Shown here piece by piece: positions 1-10,095 of a stretch of 55,070 bases of DNA. The stretch lies in contig DAOTUX010000275.1 in the NCBI GenBank assembly GCA_034436475.1, positions 1 to 55,070 on the forward strand, in the 5' to 3' direction. The first letter of the stretch is position 1; each line of letters opens with the position of its first letter. Both the position numbers and the translations under genes were made by a program. The notes beneath the pieces were generated by a model. That model was not told the origin of the DNA and searched no databases. It saw nothing but the letters and a program-made list of their open reading frames with translations. The DNA comes from Chloroflexota bacterium. GTDB lineage: Bacteria > Chloroflexota > Limnocylindria > Limnocylindrales > CSP1-4.

Positions 1-2466
1 CCGCTGCTTGAGGCGACGCTCGATCTGCCCGGTCACGAGCAGCGTGCGTCCGAGCTCGAAGGGCTGTGGCAGTCGGGTGTGCGCCTCCATCGCGCGATCG
101 ATCGCGGCTCGGGCCCCCACGGCATCGCCCCGGTCCGCCGCGATCAGTGCCCGGCCGCGGGCCGCGATCGCCGCGTGCCACGATCGCGCGCTGGCGCGCC
201 CGCGCTCCTCGACATACGCGAGCACCTCCTCGGCCTCTTCGAGGCGACCTACCGCGACGAGGGCCTCCACCTCGTTCTGCACCACCCCCGAGATGGAGAG
301 CTCACCCACACGGAGTGTCCGTAGGTCCCGGCTCGCGGGACCCAGATGCGCGAGCGCCCCGCTCGGGTCATGGCGGGACAGCTCGATGAACCCAAGGACA
401 CCCCTCGATCGGATGGCGACGATCCGATCCCCGCCCGTCTCTGCGATGGTGAGCGCGCACGCTGCCCCGTCCTGCGCTCCCTCGAGGTCCCCCAGGTGCG
501 CCCGCACCAACGCTTGCACCATCAGGACCACGCTCTGCTCCTGCTCGATGCCCGCCTGGAGGGCCGAGGCGGCCGCCTCGTCCGCGCTCCGCAGCGCCGC
601 CCCCCATGCACCAGCACGGAGCTCGAGTTCGGCGAGCCGGACGAGCGCACCGAAGCGGGCCCGCTCGTCTCGCGTGGCGTTGGCACGCTCGAGCTCGGCC
701 TGCAGCAGCGGCCGAGCCCCGACGGGGTCGTCCGTGTACATGCGGATGACGCCGAGCTGGAAGCTGGGGCGCAGATAGGCCGGGAAGCCTGTCAGCTCCC
801 GCTCGAGCTCGAGCGCCCGTCGCATGTCCTCGTCGCTGTGCGGGGCTCCGAGGACCGTCTGCGCATGGCACAACTCGCCGAGGGAGATCGCGACCAGCAT
901 CCTGTCGCCGGCACGCTCGGCGCACGCGGCGGAGGCTCGGCAATGACCGGCCGCGCGCGCCAGGTCTCCGGCGAGCCACGTGAACACGCCGAGTGCCGTG
1001 TGGATGCGCGCCTCGGTCGCCGCCGAGCCACCGGCCTCGGCGAGGGCCTGCTCGCTCAGCGTGATGGACGTCCGAAGGTCGTCCCCGATGGACTCGGCGA
1101 GACGCCACAGCAGGTCCGCGCGCTCGGGGCCGGGCTCGGCATCGGCGACGAGACCCTCGAGGATCGCCCGACCACGTGCGGGGTCGCCCGCCGCGACGTG
1201 GTGCCCGGCCGCGTCCGCAAGGCGGTGGCGACGCTCCTTCGCCCGCCCCACCGGCGTCAGCCGTGCCGCGTGCTCTGCGAGCTGGGCCGCCAGTTCGGGG
1301 GCCCCGCGCGCTGCGACGACGGACGCCGCGCGGTCCAGTTCGCGCGCGATGGGCCCAGATGCCACGTCCGTCGCGAGGGCGAGGTGCCACGCTCGCTCCC
1401 CGATGTCGTCCACGGCCTCAGCGAGCCGCCCGTGGACAGCACGCCGCTGACCCGGCAGGGCCGCGTCGTGGACCACCGTGGCCAACAGCGGGTGGCAGAA
1501 CCGAAGCCGAGGACCGTCGGTCTCGAGAATCTCCTGGCGCACCGCCTCGACGAGGCCATCCGGGGCCCCCAGCAGTCGCTCGACCAACTCGGACGTGGGC
1601 TGTGACGCGGCCGCCGCGATGAGCGCCGCCTCCCATGCCGCATCGGACAGACACGCGAGCCGGGTTCGGAGCAGAGCGCCCAGGTCCTCCGGGATGGGGA
1701 TCGCGACCATCTCCGAGGGAACCTGCGACCTCGGGATGGTGCGCCCGACCTCGAGGGCGTACAGCGGGTTCCCGCCGGTGATCTGGGCCAGCTCCAGGAG
1801 CCTCGGGCGCGGCAGGCGGAGGTCCAGCCGCGAGCGAAGGAGAGCATCGAGCTCCACGGGCCCCAAGGGGCCGATCCGGATGCACGACTCGCGGTCCCGA
1901 TCGACGGCCTGGGCAAGGCTCCACCGATGCGGCGCGTCCTGATGACGTCGGGCGATGAGCAGGCCCACGGGGAGCGCGCCGAGGCGTCGTGCCACGAACT
2001 CGAGCACACCCGCGCTGGGTAGGTCGAGCCACTGCGCGTCGTCGATGGCGATGAGCATCGGCGCGCTCCGGGCAAGCTCGCGGACAGCGGACAGGACGGC
2101 CCGCGATACGGCATGGCGCGCGACGCCCCCGGTCGCGTCCCTGCGCGTGAGCGCGCCGTCGAGCACCGCACCTTGGAACGAGGTCAGACCCTCGCGCAGC
2201 CGGTCCATGACGGGGTCGAGGAGGTCATCCAGCGCCACGAAGGGCAGGTCCACCTCGCTCTCCGCGGGCCTGCACCAGAGGACCGTGTACCCGCGGGCAG
2301 ACGCGTCGTCCACCGCGCGGCGCCAGATGGCCGTCTTGCCGATGCCGGCGTCGCCCTCGATGATCAGACTGGCACCGGCACCGCGGATGGCATCCAGGAA
2401 CGACGCGACCGCGTCGAGCTCGCCCTGGCGCCCGACGAGGCGCCGGTCCAACGGGTGCGAGGCCAT
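1..2466 (-). CDS. MalT/LuxR-type large ATP-binding transcriptional regulator. Contains the N-terminal AAA ATPase and helical-repeat region. Partial: the C-terminal end, including the expected HTH, lies beyond the window start.
   Basis: Reading the minus strand from ATG at 2466 gives MASHPLDRRLVGRQGELDAVASFLDAIRGAGASLIIEGDAGIGKTAIWRRAVDDA..., with Walker A GDAGIGKT and later LIAIDDAQWLD (Walker-B-like). This minus frame has no entry in the ORF track, consistent with staying open to position 1. Downstream sequence is Ala/Leu/Arg-rich and TPR-like. Confidence 0.8.
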   Translation of the reverse strand, partial: MASHPLDRRLVGRQGELDAVASFLDAIRGAGASLIIEGDAGIGKTAIWRRAVDDASARGYTVLWCRPAESEVDLPFVALDDLLDPVMDRLREGLTSFQGAVLDGALTRRDATGGVARHAVSRAVLSAVRELARSAPMLIAIDDAQWLDLPSAGVLEFVARRLGALPVGLLIARRHQDAPHRWSLAQAVDRDRESCIRIGPLGPVELDALLRSRLDLRLPRPRLLELAQITGGNPLYALEVGRTIPRSQVPSEMVAIPIPEDLGALLRTRLACLSDAAWEAALIAAAASQPTSELVERLLGAPDGLVEAVRQEILETDGPRLRFCHPLLATVVHDAALPGQRRAVHGRLAEAVDDIGERAWHLALATDVASGPIARELDRAASVVAARGAPELAAQLAEHAARLTPVGRAKERRHRLADAAGHHVAAGDPARGRAILEGLVADAEPGPERADLLWRLAESIGDDLRTSITLSEQALAEAGGSAATEARIHTALGVFTWLAGDLARAAGHCRASAACAERAGDRMLVAISLGELCHAQTVLGAPHSDEDMRRALELERELTGFPAYLRPSFQLGVIRMYTDDPVGARPLLQAELERANATRDERARFGALVRLAELELRAGAWGAALRSADEAAASALQAGIEQEQSVVLMVQALVRAHLGDLEGAQDGAACALTIAETGGDRIVAIRSRGVLGFIELSRHDPSGALAHLGPASRDLRTLRVGELSISGVVQNEVEALVAVGRLEEAEEVLAYVEERGRASARSWHAAIAARGRALIAADRGDAVGARAAIDRAMEAHTRLPQPFELGRTLLVTGQIERRLKQR

Positions 2467-2788
2467 CGTTGGCCGCGTGATCGGCGGCCGAGGCCGGCCA
2501 CGGCGGTCTGACGAGCCGGTCAGCATCGAAGTCGCCCGTGGGGTCCCACCACGAACCTCGCTCACCTCGGTTGTCGCCCGACGACCAGTCGCGACCGAGA
2601 CGCCTCCCCGGGGTCCTGACCGAGGGCATCCGGTCGACCGAGTCGCACGACCGGTGGTCGATCGAGTGTAGCGTGGGCCTGGCGCGTCCCGGAAGGGCCA
2701 TCGGGCGTCCTTGCCGGGGCGGCCCGCTTGGCCGACGGTCGCGCCGGCCGTGCAATGCCCGCGCTCGGGGACGTGCCATGATGCGGGC

Positions 2789-5299
2789 ATGGCGGAACGG
2801 CGATCGCGTGCGCCCGGTGCCCCAGGCATCGCGCCGACCTGGTCCGGCGGCGCGAAGGATGCGGTCGGGACGGCCCATGCGTCGAGTCGCGTCTGGTTCA
2901 CCATCGGCCGGGGGATCATCAACGAGGTCTACTGGCCGAGGGTCGACCGACCCCAGATCCGCGACCTGGGCTTCATCGTGGCCGACGACGCGGGCTTCTG
3001 GAGCGAGGTCAAGCGGGACGCGAGGCAGCGCATCCGCCAGGAGCGCCCCGGCGTCCCGGCCATCACGATGGTCCATGAGCACGACGCCTACCGGTTGACC
3101 CTGCGGGTGTGCACGGACACCTTCGCCGACGTCCTGCGCATCGAGGCCGCCCTGGAGGACCGTCGGGTCGGACGACACGCGACCGCCCCGGGTCGGGGCC
3201 AGGTGTCGGGCCAAGGCCGCCCTGGGCCAAACGACCATGACGATGCGCCGAGCGAGTCCCTCGATGCCGCCGCCACCACACCGCCGCTGACGCCGCTCCG
3301 CCTGTATCCGCTACTCGCACCGCACCTGGGCTTCAGCGGCCATGAGAACCGCGCCTGGGTGGGGACGTTCCGCGGCCGGGACATGGCGTACGCGAGCAAG
3401 GGGCCCTACGCCCTCGCCCTCGCCTCCGATCCCGCGCCCCGACGACAGTCCGTGGGCTACGTCGGCTCGTCCGACGGCTGGTCCGACTTCTCGGCCAACG
3501 GACGCATGACGTGGGCCTGGTCCGAGACCGACCCGGGCAACGTCGCGCTCATGACCGAGATCGTGCCCGTGGACGGAATCGCCCAGCTCGCCCTGGGCTT
3601 CGGCCCCCTCCCAGAGGCCGCCGCACTCCAGGCGGTCACCGCTCTCGCCAGCGAGTTCGAAGCCGGTTGGGACGCCTACGTGGGTGGCTGGCAGGAGTCC
3701 CTGGACGAGGTCCAGGCGCCGCCGTCGGGGCTGCCACCTGCCGAGCGCGACCTGTACCTCACCTCCGCCACGGTCCTGCGCACGCTGGAGGACCGCACCC
3801 AGCCGGGCGCCATCGTGGCCAGCCTGTCCATCCCCTGGGGGAGCTCCAGCAACGACCTGGGGGGCTATCACCTGGTGTGGTCGCGGGACCTGGTCGAGTG
3901 CGCGGGGGCTCTGGTGGCGCTGGACGCCCGGGACCCAGCCCGTCGCACGCTCGCCTATCTCGTGGCCAGCCAGGAGCCGGACGGCCACTGGCCGCAGAAC
4001 CAATGGCTCGATGGCGACCCGTACTGGCGGGGCGTGCAACTGGACGAGGCTGCCTATCCCATCCTGCTCGCGGGCGCCCTGACGGCCGCCGGGGCCGACC
4101 CGGACCGCGGGGCCAGCGAGGTCCGGGAGCTCCTGCGCGCGGACTGCCTGGAGCGGATGGTGTGCGCAGCGGCGGGCTTCCTGGCCCGCCACGGGCCGGT
4201 CACCGAGCAGGACCGCTGGGAGGAGAACCCGGGCCTGTCACCTTCCACGCTCGCCCCGGTGGTGGCCGCGCTCGTGGTCGCGGCCGAGTACCTCCCAGGT
4301 GCGGCGGCCGCCTACTGCCTGGACCTCGCGGACGACTGGAACGCGTCCATCGAGGACTGGACGTACGCCCGGGGCACGCGTCTGGCCCATGCCCACGGGG
4401 TCGAGGGGCACTACATCCGAATCGCGGCCCCGGAGGTCCTGATGGGGGCGCCCCTGAGCACGCCCGTGACCATCCGGAACCGCCCCTCGGGCACGGCGAC
4501 GGCCCCCGGCGACGAGGTCATCGGGACCGACTTCCTGGCGCTCGTGCGCTTCGGGCTCCGGGCAGCCGACGACCCACGGATCGTGGGCACGCTGCGTGTC
4601 GCTGACGCGCTGCTGCGAACCGAGACGCCCGGCGGGCCGACCTGGCATCGCTACACCGGCGACGGCTACGGGGAGCACGCGGACGGCAGGGCGTATGACG
4701 GCACGGGCGTCGGTCGCGGCTGGCCCCTGCTGGTCGGTGAGCGCGGTCACTACGAGCTGTGCGCCGGCCACGACGTGGCGCCATTCCTGGCCGCGATGAC
4801 ACGCATGACCTCACGGGGCGGTCTGCTCCCTGAGCAGACCTGGGATGCCGAGGGGATCCCGTCCCTGGGCCTGTCGCCCGGCCACCCGTCGGGCTCCGCG
4901 ACGCCGCTCGCCTGGGCGCACGCGGAGTACGTCAAGCTCGTGCTCTCGACGGCCCTCGGCCGACCCATCGACAGGCCCGCGGCCGCATGGCGCCGATACG
5001 GCGGCGTGGCCCCGGCCCCCGGACGCCAGCACTGGCGGTTCGGCGCGCAGCGGCCGACCATGCCCGCCGGCCGGACACTGCGCATCGAGACGCTCGCGCC
5101 AGCGCGGGTCCGCGCGACCATCGATGGCTGGCGCTCGTGGGTCGACCTCGACGCCAACGACACCGGCCTGGGCGTCTGGTGGGCGGACGTGCCCGGCTCC
5201 GCGGACCTCACGGTCGGTGCCACCATCGCGTTCACGTTCTGGTGGCCCGAGGCCGGGCGGTGGGAGGGTCGCGACTTCGCGGTCGTCGTGACGAGCTGA
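2789..5299 (+). CDS. GH15 glucoamylase / glucodextranase-like glycoside hydrolase
   Basis: ORF 2711..5299, with the start moved to ATG 2789 (MAERRS...). N-domain motif VWFTIGRGIINEVYWPRVDRPQIRDLGF. Catalytic-domain motifs SLSIPWGSSSNDLGGYHLVWSRDL and GRGWPLLVGERGHYEL are typical of bacterial GH15. Confidence 0.85.
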   Translation: MAERRSRAPGAPGIAPTWSGGAKDAVGTAHASSRVWFTIGRGIINEVYWPRVDRPQIRDLGFIVADDAGFWSEVKRDARQRIRQERPGVPAITMVHEHDAYRLTLRVCTDTFADVLRIEAALEDRRVGRHATAPGRGQVSGQGRPGPNDHDDAPSESLDAAATTPPLTPLRLYPLLAPHLGFSGHENRAWVGTFRGRDMAYASKGPYALALASDPAPRRQSVGYVGSSDGWSDFSANGRMTWAWSETDPGNVALMTEIVPVDGIAQLALGFGPLPEAAALQAVTALASEFEAGWDAYVGGWQESLDEVQAPPSGLPPAERDLYLTSATVLRTLEDRTQPGAIVASLSIPWGSSSNDLGGYHLVWSRDLVECAGALVALDARDPARRTLAYLVASQEPDGHWPQNQWLDGDPYWRGVQLDEAAYPILLAGALTAAGADPDRGASEVRELLRADCLERMVCAAAGFLARHGPVTEQDRWEENPGLSPSTLAPVVAALVVAAEYLPGAAAAYCLDLADDWNASIEDWTYARGTRLAHAHGVEGHYIRIAAPEVLMGAPLSTPVTIRNRPSGTATAPGDEVIGTDFLALVRFGLRAADDPRIVGTLRVADALLRTETPGGPTWHRYTGDGYGEHADGRAYDGTGVGRGWPLLVGERGHYELCAGHDVAPFLAAMTRMTSRGGLLPEQTWDAEGIPSLGLSPGHPSGSATPLAWAHAEYVKLVLSTALGRPIDRPAAAWRRYGGVAPAPGRQHWRFGAQRPTMPAGRTLRIETLAPARVRATIDGWRSWVDLDANDTGLGVWWADVPGSADLTVGATIAFTFWWPEAGRWEGRDFAVVVTS

Positions 5300-5382
5300 C
5301 GGGCAGGCCGTGACACGGCCCGGGCCGGTCGTCTGGTACGCTCGGGGAGCCCTCCCGACCACCGGAACGAGACCGTCACCTG

Positions 5383-6864
5383 ATGCCTGAGCCCAGCCCC
5401 AGCCACCGTCCGACCGATTCGGCCGCCCTTGGCACACCCCGCACCCTGGTCCAGAAGATCTGGGACGACCACGTCGTCCACGAGGAGCCGGGCGCGCCGG
5501 CCATCATCGGCATCGACCTCCACCTGATCCATGAGGTCACCAGCCCACAGGCGTTCGAGGGTCTCCGCCGTCGTGGTCTCCGGGTGCGGCATCCGGAGCG
5601 CACGGTCGCCACCGCGGACCACTCGACCCCCACCACCCCGCTCTCGCTGCCCATCCTGGACCAGCAGGCCGCCTTCCAGGTGAGCCGGCTCGAGCAGAAC
5701 ACGCGGGAGTTCGGCATCCCGGTGTACAGCCGTGGCTCGACCCACCAGGGCATCGTCCATGTCATCGGCCCCGAGCTGGGCCTCACCCAGCCGGGCATGA
5801 CCATCGTGTGCGGCGACTCGCACACCGCCACTCATGGTGCCTTCGGGGCGCTGGCGTTCGGCATCGGCACCTCCGAGGTCGAGATGGTGCTGGCCACCCA
5901 GACGCTGCTCCAGCGACCGCTGCGCTCCTACGAGGTGCGTGTCGATGGGCGGCTCGCCCCGGGCGTGACGGCCAAGGACATCATCCTCAACCTCATCTCG
6001 CGCATCGGCGTGGGTGGCGGCACCGGGCACGTGTTCGAGTACCGCGGCTTCGCCATTGAGGGGCTCTCGATGGAGGAGCGGATGACCATCTGCAACATGT
6101 CCATCGAGGGTGGCGCGCGCGCCGGGCTCATCGCCCCGGACGACACCACGTTCGAGTACGTGGCAGGCCGGCCGCATGCGCCCAAGGGCGCCGACTTCGA
6201 CGCCGCGGTGACCCGGTGGCGCACCCTGCCCTCGGACCCTGGCGCCAGCTACGAGCGGTCGATCGTCATCGACGCCGACGCGCTCGAGCCGATGATCACC
6301 TACGGCACCAACCCGGGCATGGGCATGCTCCTCACCGCCGCGGTGCCCGATCCCGCCGCGGAGACGGACGAGGCCGCTAGGCGCGCGCTGGACAAGGCAC
6401 TCGGGTACATGGGCCTCCAGCCCGGTCAGCGACTGCTGGGCCAGAAGGTCGACATCGTGTTCATCGGCTCGTGCACCAACAGCCGCATCTCCGACCTGCG
6501 CGAGGCAGCCGCCATCTTCCGGGGCAACCACGTCGCCGAGGGCGTGCGGGTGATGGTCGTGCCGGGCAGCCAGCAGGTGAAGGCGCAGGCCGAGCGGGAG
6601 GGCCTCGCTGACGTGTTCACGACGGCAGGCGCGGAGTGGCGCGAGGCCGGATGCTCGATGTGCATCGCCATGAACGGCGACCAGGGGGCACCGGGCCAGT
6701 ACATCGTGTCCACCTCCAATCGCAACTTCGAGGGCCGCCAGGGCAAGGGCGCCCGCACGTTCCTGGCATCGCCCCTCACCGCCGCCGCGACGGCGCTCGC
6801 GGGCGTGGTCAGCGACCCGCGGCCGCTCGTGGACCGCTCCCCCATCGAGGTCGGTGGCCGGTAG
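5383..6864 (+). CDS. leuC: 3-isopropylmalate dehydratase large subunit
   Basis: [12 protein letters not shown]...[41 protein letters not shown], and aconitase-family Cys motifs ([21 protein letters not shown]). Confidence 0.95.
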   Translation: MPEPSPSHRPTDSAALGTPRTLVQKIWDDHVVHEEPGAPAIIGIDLHLIHEVTSPQAFEGLRRRGLRVRHPERTVATADHSTPTTPLSLPILDQQAAFQVSRLEQNTREFGIPVYSRGSTHQGIVHVIGPELGLTQPGMTIVCGDSHTATHGAFGALAFGIGTSEVEMVLATQTLLQRPLRSYEVRVDGRLAPGVTAKDIILNLISRIGVGGGTGHVFEYRGFAIEGLSMEERMTICNMSIEGGARAGLIAPDDTTFEYVAGRPHAPKGADFDAAVTRWRTLPSDPGASYERSIVIDADALEPMITYGTNPGMGMLLTAAVPDPAAETDEAARRALDKALGYMGLQPGQRLLGQKVDIVFIGSCTNSRISDLREAAAIFRGNHVAEGVRVMVVPGSQQVKAQAEREGLADVFTTAGAEWREAGCSMCIAMNGDQGAPGQYIVSTSNRNFEGRQGKGARTFLASPLTAAATALAGVVSDPRPLVDRSPIEVGGR

Positions 6865-6903
6865 GCCCCGGACGTCACAGAAGCCAGCCAGGAGCCCGAC
6901 CGG

Positions 6904-7575
6904 ATGCCCGAGCCATACACCACCGTCAGCAGTCGGATCATCCCGCTGCCCGCGGAGAACGTGGACACCGACCAGATCATCCCCGCCCGGTTCCTCAAGA
7001 CCACCCAGAAGTCCGGCCTCGCGGACGCGCTGTTCAACGACTGGCGCTATCTGGCCGATGGCAGCCCCAACCCCGACTTCGTCCTCAACAGGCCGGAGAT
7101 GCAGGGTCGTCAGGTGCTGCTGGTGGGTGACAACTTCGGCGCCGGGTCGTCACGGGAGCACGCGCCCTGGGCGCTCACCAGCTGGGGCATCCGCGCGGTC
7201 ATCAGCACCTCCTTCGCGGACATCTTCCGGAGCAACTCGCTCAAGAACGGGCTGCTGCCCATCGTGGTCGACCCAGCCACCCACCAGCGACTGTGGGAGA
7301 TGGTGGAGGCGGACCCGGACGCGGGCGTGACCATCGACCTGGCCGAGCTGGGGATGCTCCTGCCGGATGGCACGACCTACGAGTTCGAGGTCGACCCGTT
7401 CGCGCGACAGATGCTGCTCGCGGGCACCGACGAGATCGGCTGGGTGCTCCAGCGCTCCGAGGCCATCGATGCCTGGGAGACGACGCACCCCGCGCGCGTG
7501 GACACGACGCCCATCGTGGGCGGCACGGTCCCAGGTGCCGTGGTCGCGGCCGGCCGCGTCCCGTCAGCGGTCTGA
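6904..7575 (+). CDS. leuD: 3-isopropylmalate dehydratase small subunit
   Basis: [39 protein letters not shown]. Lies immediately downstream of leuC, with AGGAG upstream of the ATG. Confidence 0.95.
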   Translation: MPEPYTTVSSRIIPLPAENVDTDQIIPARFLKTTQKSGLADALFNDWRYLADGSPNPDFVLNRPEMQGRQVLLVGDNFGAGSSREHAPWALTSWGIRAVISTSFADIFRSNSLKNGLLPIVVDPATHQRLWEMVEADPDAGVTIDLAELGMLLPDGTTYEFEVDPFARQMLLAGTDEIGWVLQRSEAIDAWETTHPARVDTTPIVGGTVPGAVVAAGRVPSAV

Positions 7576-7585
7576 GGCGCAGGGC

Positions 7586-7978
7586 ATGAGCGCAAGCTCG
7601 GACGCGGCCATCGTCCGCCGGCTGTATGAGGCACGCCAGGGCAACGACCTCGAGGCTGCAGCGCAGCTCATCGCGGAGGACGTCGTGTGGCACGAGCCGT
7701 ACGAGTACCTGGGCACCCTCAACGGGCGTGAGGCGGTCATGGAGGCGATCCGCCAGTCCATCGTGGAGACGGAGGGCACCTTCAGGCTCACCCTCACGGA
7801 CCTGCTCGCGTCCGACCTCCATGTCGTCGCCCTCGTGGACTTCTCCGCCGAGCGCCACGGCGGCTGGATGTCGGGTCGCGAGATCGGCGTGTTCCGAGTG
7901 ACGAACGACAAGATCGCGGAGGTCTGGTTCTACACCGCGGAGGACCCCGACGCGGTCTCGGAGTTCATGCGCGGGTAG
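7586..7978 (+). CDS. SnoaL-like / NTF2-fold protein
   Basis: In-frame ATG at 7586 inside ORF 7367..7978. The sequence IVRRLYEARQGNDLEAAAQLIAEDVVWHEP...GREIGVFRVTNDKIAEVWFY matches the SnoaL/ketosteroid-isomerase-like pattern. Confidence 0.6.
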   Translation: MSASSDAAIVRRLYEARQGNDLEAAAQLIAEDVVWHEPYEYLGTLNGREAVMEAIRQSIVETEGTFRLTLTDLLASDLHVVALVDFSAERHGGWMSGREIGVFRVTNDKIAEVWFYTAEDPDAVSEFMRG

Positions 7979-8012
7979 GAACTGCGACCGACGGGCCGGC
8001 GATGGCCGTCGC

Positions 8013-8222
8013 GACCTGTTCGGGGTCATCAGCCTGTTGCCGGTCACCGACCCCATCGCCCGGCGCGCGGGGGAGCTGCTGCGACAGCATCGGCGCTCGC
8101 ACGTGGGCATCGACCTCGTGGACTACGCGGTCGCCGCGACCGTCGAGGTCCACGGGGCCAGCCTGGCGACGCTCAACGTCCAGCACTTCCCGATGTTCAA
8201 GGGCCTGCGACCGCCGTTCTGA
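8013..8222 (+). pseudogene. C-terminal fragment of a PIN-domain (VapC-type) toxin. The N-terminal half is missing.
   Basis: DLFGVISLLPVTDPIARRAGELLRQHRRSHVGIDLVDYAVAATVEVHGASLATLNVQHFPMF is the typical distal half of VapC. The in-frame upstream sequence runs into the 3' end of the SnoaL gene and has no PIN N-terminal motif. No antitoxin-sized ORF lies upstream. Confidence 0.6.
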
Positions 8223-8265
8223 CCTCGTCGACGGCGCTCCTGCGTTCGTGTTGTAGGCTCCGGGA

Positions 8266-8613
8266 ATGACGCGTCACGCCCGGTCGATGCACCGCCCCCT
8301 CGTCTGGGGCGCCTCGCTCGGTCTGGGCCGCGTGGCCGTGTTGCTGACCAGCCTCGTCGGGCCCTCGGCGGTCCTCATCGGCGTCCCGCTGCTCGTCGGC
8401 CGTGAGCGGTGGGTCGCCAGCTCCGGGTTCCTCAGCGGGTTCGGCTTGCTATGGTGCGCACTCGTCGTCCGCCAAGTCATGGCTGGCGCCGAGGGCGATG
8501 GCCTGGTCCTCGTGTGGCTGGGCGTCAGCCTCGTCCCCATCCTCGTCGGCGCGGTGCTTGCCATCGCGGTGGCGCTCCATCGATCGCCGCCGCACCCGGA
8601 TGGGGCACGCTGA
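8266..8613 (+). CDS. Small hypothetical membrane protein (3-4 predicted TM helices)
   Basis: Hydrophobic stretches: VAVLLTSLVGPSAVLIGVPLLV, GFLSGFGLLWCALVV and LVLVWLGVSLVPILVGAVLAIAVAL. No family recognised. Confidence 0.45.
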   Translation: MTRHARSMHRPLVWGASLGLGRVAVLLTSLVGPSAVLIGVPLLVGRERWVASSGFLSGFGLLWCALVVRQVMAGAEGDGLVLVWLGVSLVPILVGAVLAIAVALHRSPPHPDGAR

Positions 8614-8646
8614 AACCGATGCCCATCCTGCAGCCTCAACGTAGCA

Positions 8647-9192
8647 GTGGATGACCTCGCGCTGGCCAGGGCGCTGGCCAGGAAGGACGAGGCTGCCTTC
8701 CACACGCTGGTCGACCAGCAGGCGAGTGCGGTGTTCCGGACCTGCTATCGCGTGCTGGGTTCGGTCGAAGACGCAGAGGACGCGGTCCAGGAGACGTTCG
8801 TGTTGGCGTACCGGGCACTCGGCTCATATCGCGGGGATGGCCCGCCCGGTGCCTGGCTCGCCCGGATCGCCGTCCGCGAGAGCTGGCGTCGCAGCCGGAT
8901 GAGGGCCCGGGACGCATCTCGGACCGCACCCCTCGATGATGTGCTGGAGGCGACCACGCCCGACCCCACGGACGTCATCCGCATGGTGCTCGCCACCGAG
9001 GAGCAGGTCGAGGTTCGCCGCGCGGTCGCGCAGCTCCCCGACCCATATCGCGAGGTCGTGTCGCTGCGGTTCCTCGCGGATAGCTCCGTGGCGGACATCG
9101 CCCAGGTCACGGGTCGTCCCGAAGCGACCATCAAGACCCAGCTGTATCGCGGCCTTGCGCGCCTGCGCACGCTGCTCGAGGAGACGTCGTGA
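8647..9192 (+). CDS. ECF-type RNA polymerase sigma-70 family factor
   Basis: Region 2 pattern (AEDAVQETFVLAYRALGSYRGDGPPGAWLARIAVRE) and region 4 pattern (LPDPYREVVSLRFLADSSVADIAQVTGRPEATIKTQLYRGLARLR). Confidence 0.9.
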   Translation: MDDLALARALARKDEAAFHTLVDQQASAVFRTCYRVLGSVEDAEDAVQETFVLAYRALGSYRGDGPPGAWLARIAVRESWRRSRMRARDASRTAPLDDVLEATTPDPTDVIRMVLATEEQVEVRRAVAQLPDPYREVVSLRFLADSSVADIAQVTGRPEATIKTQLYRGLARLRTLLEETS

Positions 9193-10031
9193 GCGACAGC
9201 GACCGACCCTCGGACATCCCGCAGACCCCCGACCCACGGTCACCCGCGGGCCTCGCGGACGTGCCCGTGGATGACTTGACGCTGGCGGTGGTCGAGCGTC
9301 TGGACCGCTATCGCACCTCCACCCTGGTCGAGCCACGACCCGACCTGGCTTCGCTCATCCATGCGCGAGTCTCGCATGAGACCCGACCTGCCACGTCCTG
9401 GTGGCAGCCGCCGCGGCTGGCGCTCATGTTCGCGACCGCGGCGCTCATCGTGCTCGTGCTCGGGTCGGTCGGCGGCCTGCTCTTGCGCTCACCCTCGCCC
9501 ACACCCATCGGTCCGGGGCAGTCCCACGCGCCATCCTCGGCACCGTCCGCCTCGCCGACGCCATCCAAGTCGCCGGAGCCCACGGCGCATCCGACACCCA
9601 CCCAGCGACCGACTCCGACGCACCAAGCGTCGCCGGACGGCAACTCGGGCGAGAGCGTCGCCAGCGACGGGTCTGCTGCCCATGTCGACCCGGGCACCGG
9701 TGGGGCCGAACCCACCCACGATGGCTCGAGCGTCGCGGGCAGCGAGGGGCCGTCGCCTGACGTGTCCCCCGAGCCCAGGGTGACCCCCGGACCGTCTGCC
9801 TCGTCGATGCCATCGGTGCCACCCGAGCCCACCGCGGAGCCCACGCCGGAGCCGAGCCCGGTGCCGACCGCCGAGCCCACGCCCGAGCCGACCGATAGGC
9901 CCAGGACGACCGACGCCTCCGCTCCCGACCCCACCAGACCACCCCAAGACACCCCTCGACCGCACACAGATGCGGCCTCCGGCGACGCGGCTGAAACCGA
10001 TGCGCCCCCAAGCGCCTCGATAGAGGAGTGA
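9189..10031 (+). CDS. Putative single-pass anti-sigma factor with a Pro/Thr/Ser/Glu-rich extracytoplasmic tail
   Basis: GTGA start/stop overlap with the sigma gene (9189-9192). One TM helix (LALMFATAALIVLVLGSVGGLLL) is followed by low-complexity PTAEPTPEPSPVPTAEPTPEPT. No zf-HC2 motif, so the role is inferred from position only. Confidence 0.5.
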   Translation: MSDSDRPSDIPQTPDPRSPAGLADVPVDDLTLAVVERLDRYRTSTLVEPRPDLASLIHARVSHETRPATSWWQPPRLALMFATAALIVLVLGSVGGLLLRSPSPTPIGPGQSHAPSSAPSASPTPSKSPEPTAHPTPTQRPTPTHQASPDGNSGESVASDGSAAHVDPGTGGAEPTHDGSSVAGSEGPSPDVSPEPRVTPGPSASSMPSVPPEPTAEPTPEPSPVPTAEPTPEPTDRPRTTDASAPDPTRPPQDTPRPHTDAASGDAAETDAPPSASIEE

Positions 10032-10095
10032 GCCGGAACCATCCGGGCCACTCCTGCGTGGCGGGAGACGCCACCGCACATGGAGGGTGCGAGCC

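Noticed and set aside
4750-6531. 593-aa minus-strand ORF
   Set aside because: It is antisense to the 3' end of the GH15 gene and to most of leuC. Its translation is Arg/Gly/Ala/His-rich low-complexity sequence with no family features. This is a typical GC-rich shadow ORF.
9520-10010. Repetitive DNA encoding PT/PE/PS tracts, considered as a tandem-repeat or CRISPR-like array
   Set aside because: The repeats are short, degenerate and in-frame within the putative anti-sigma ORF. There is no repeat-spacer architecture.
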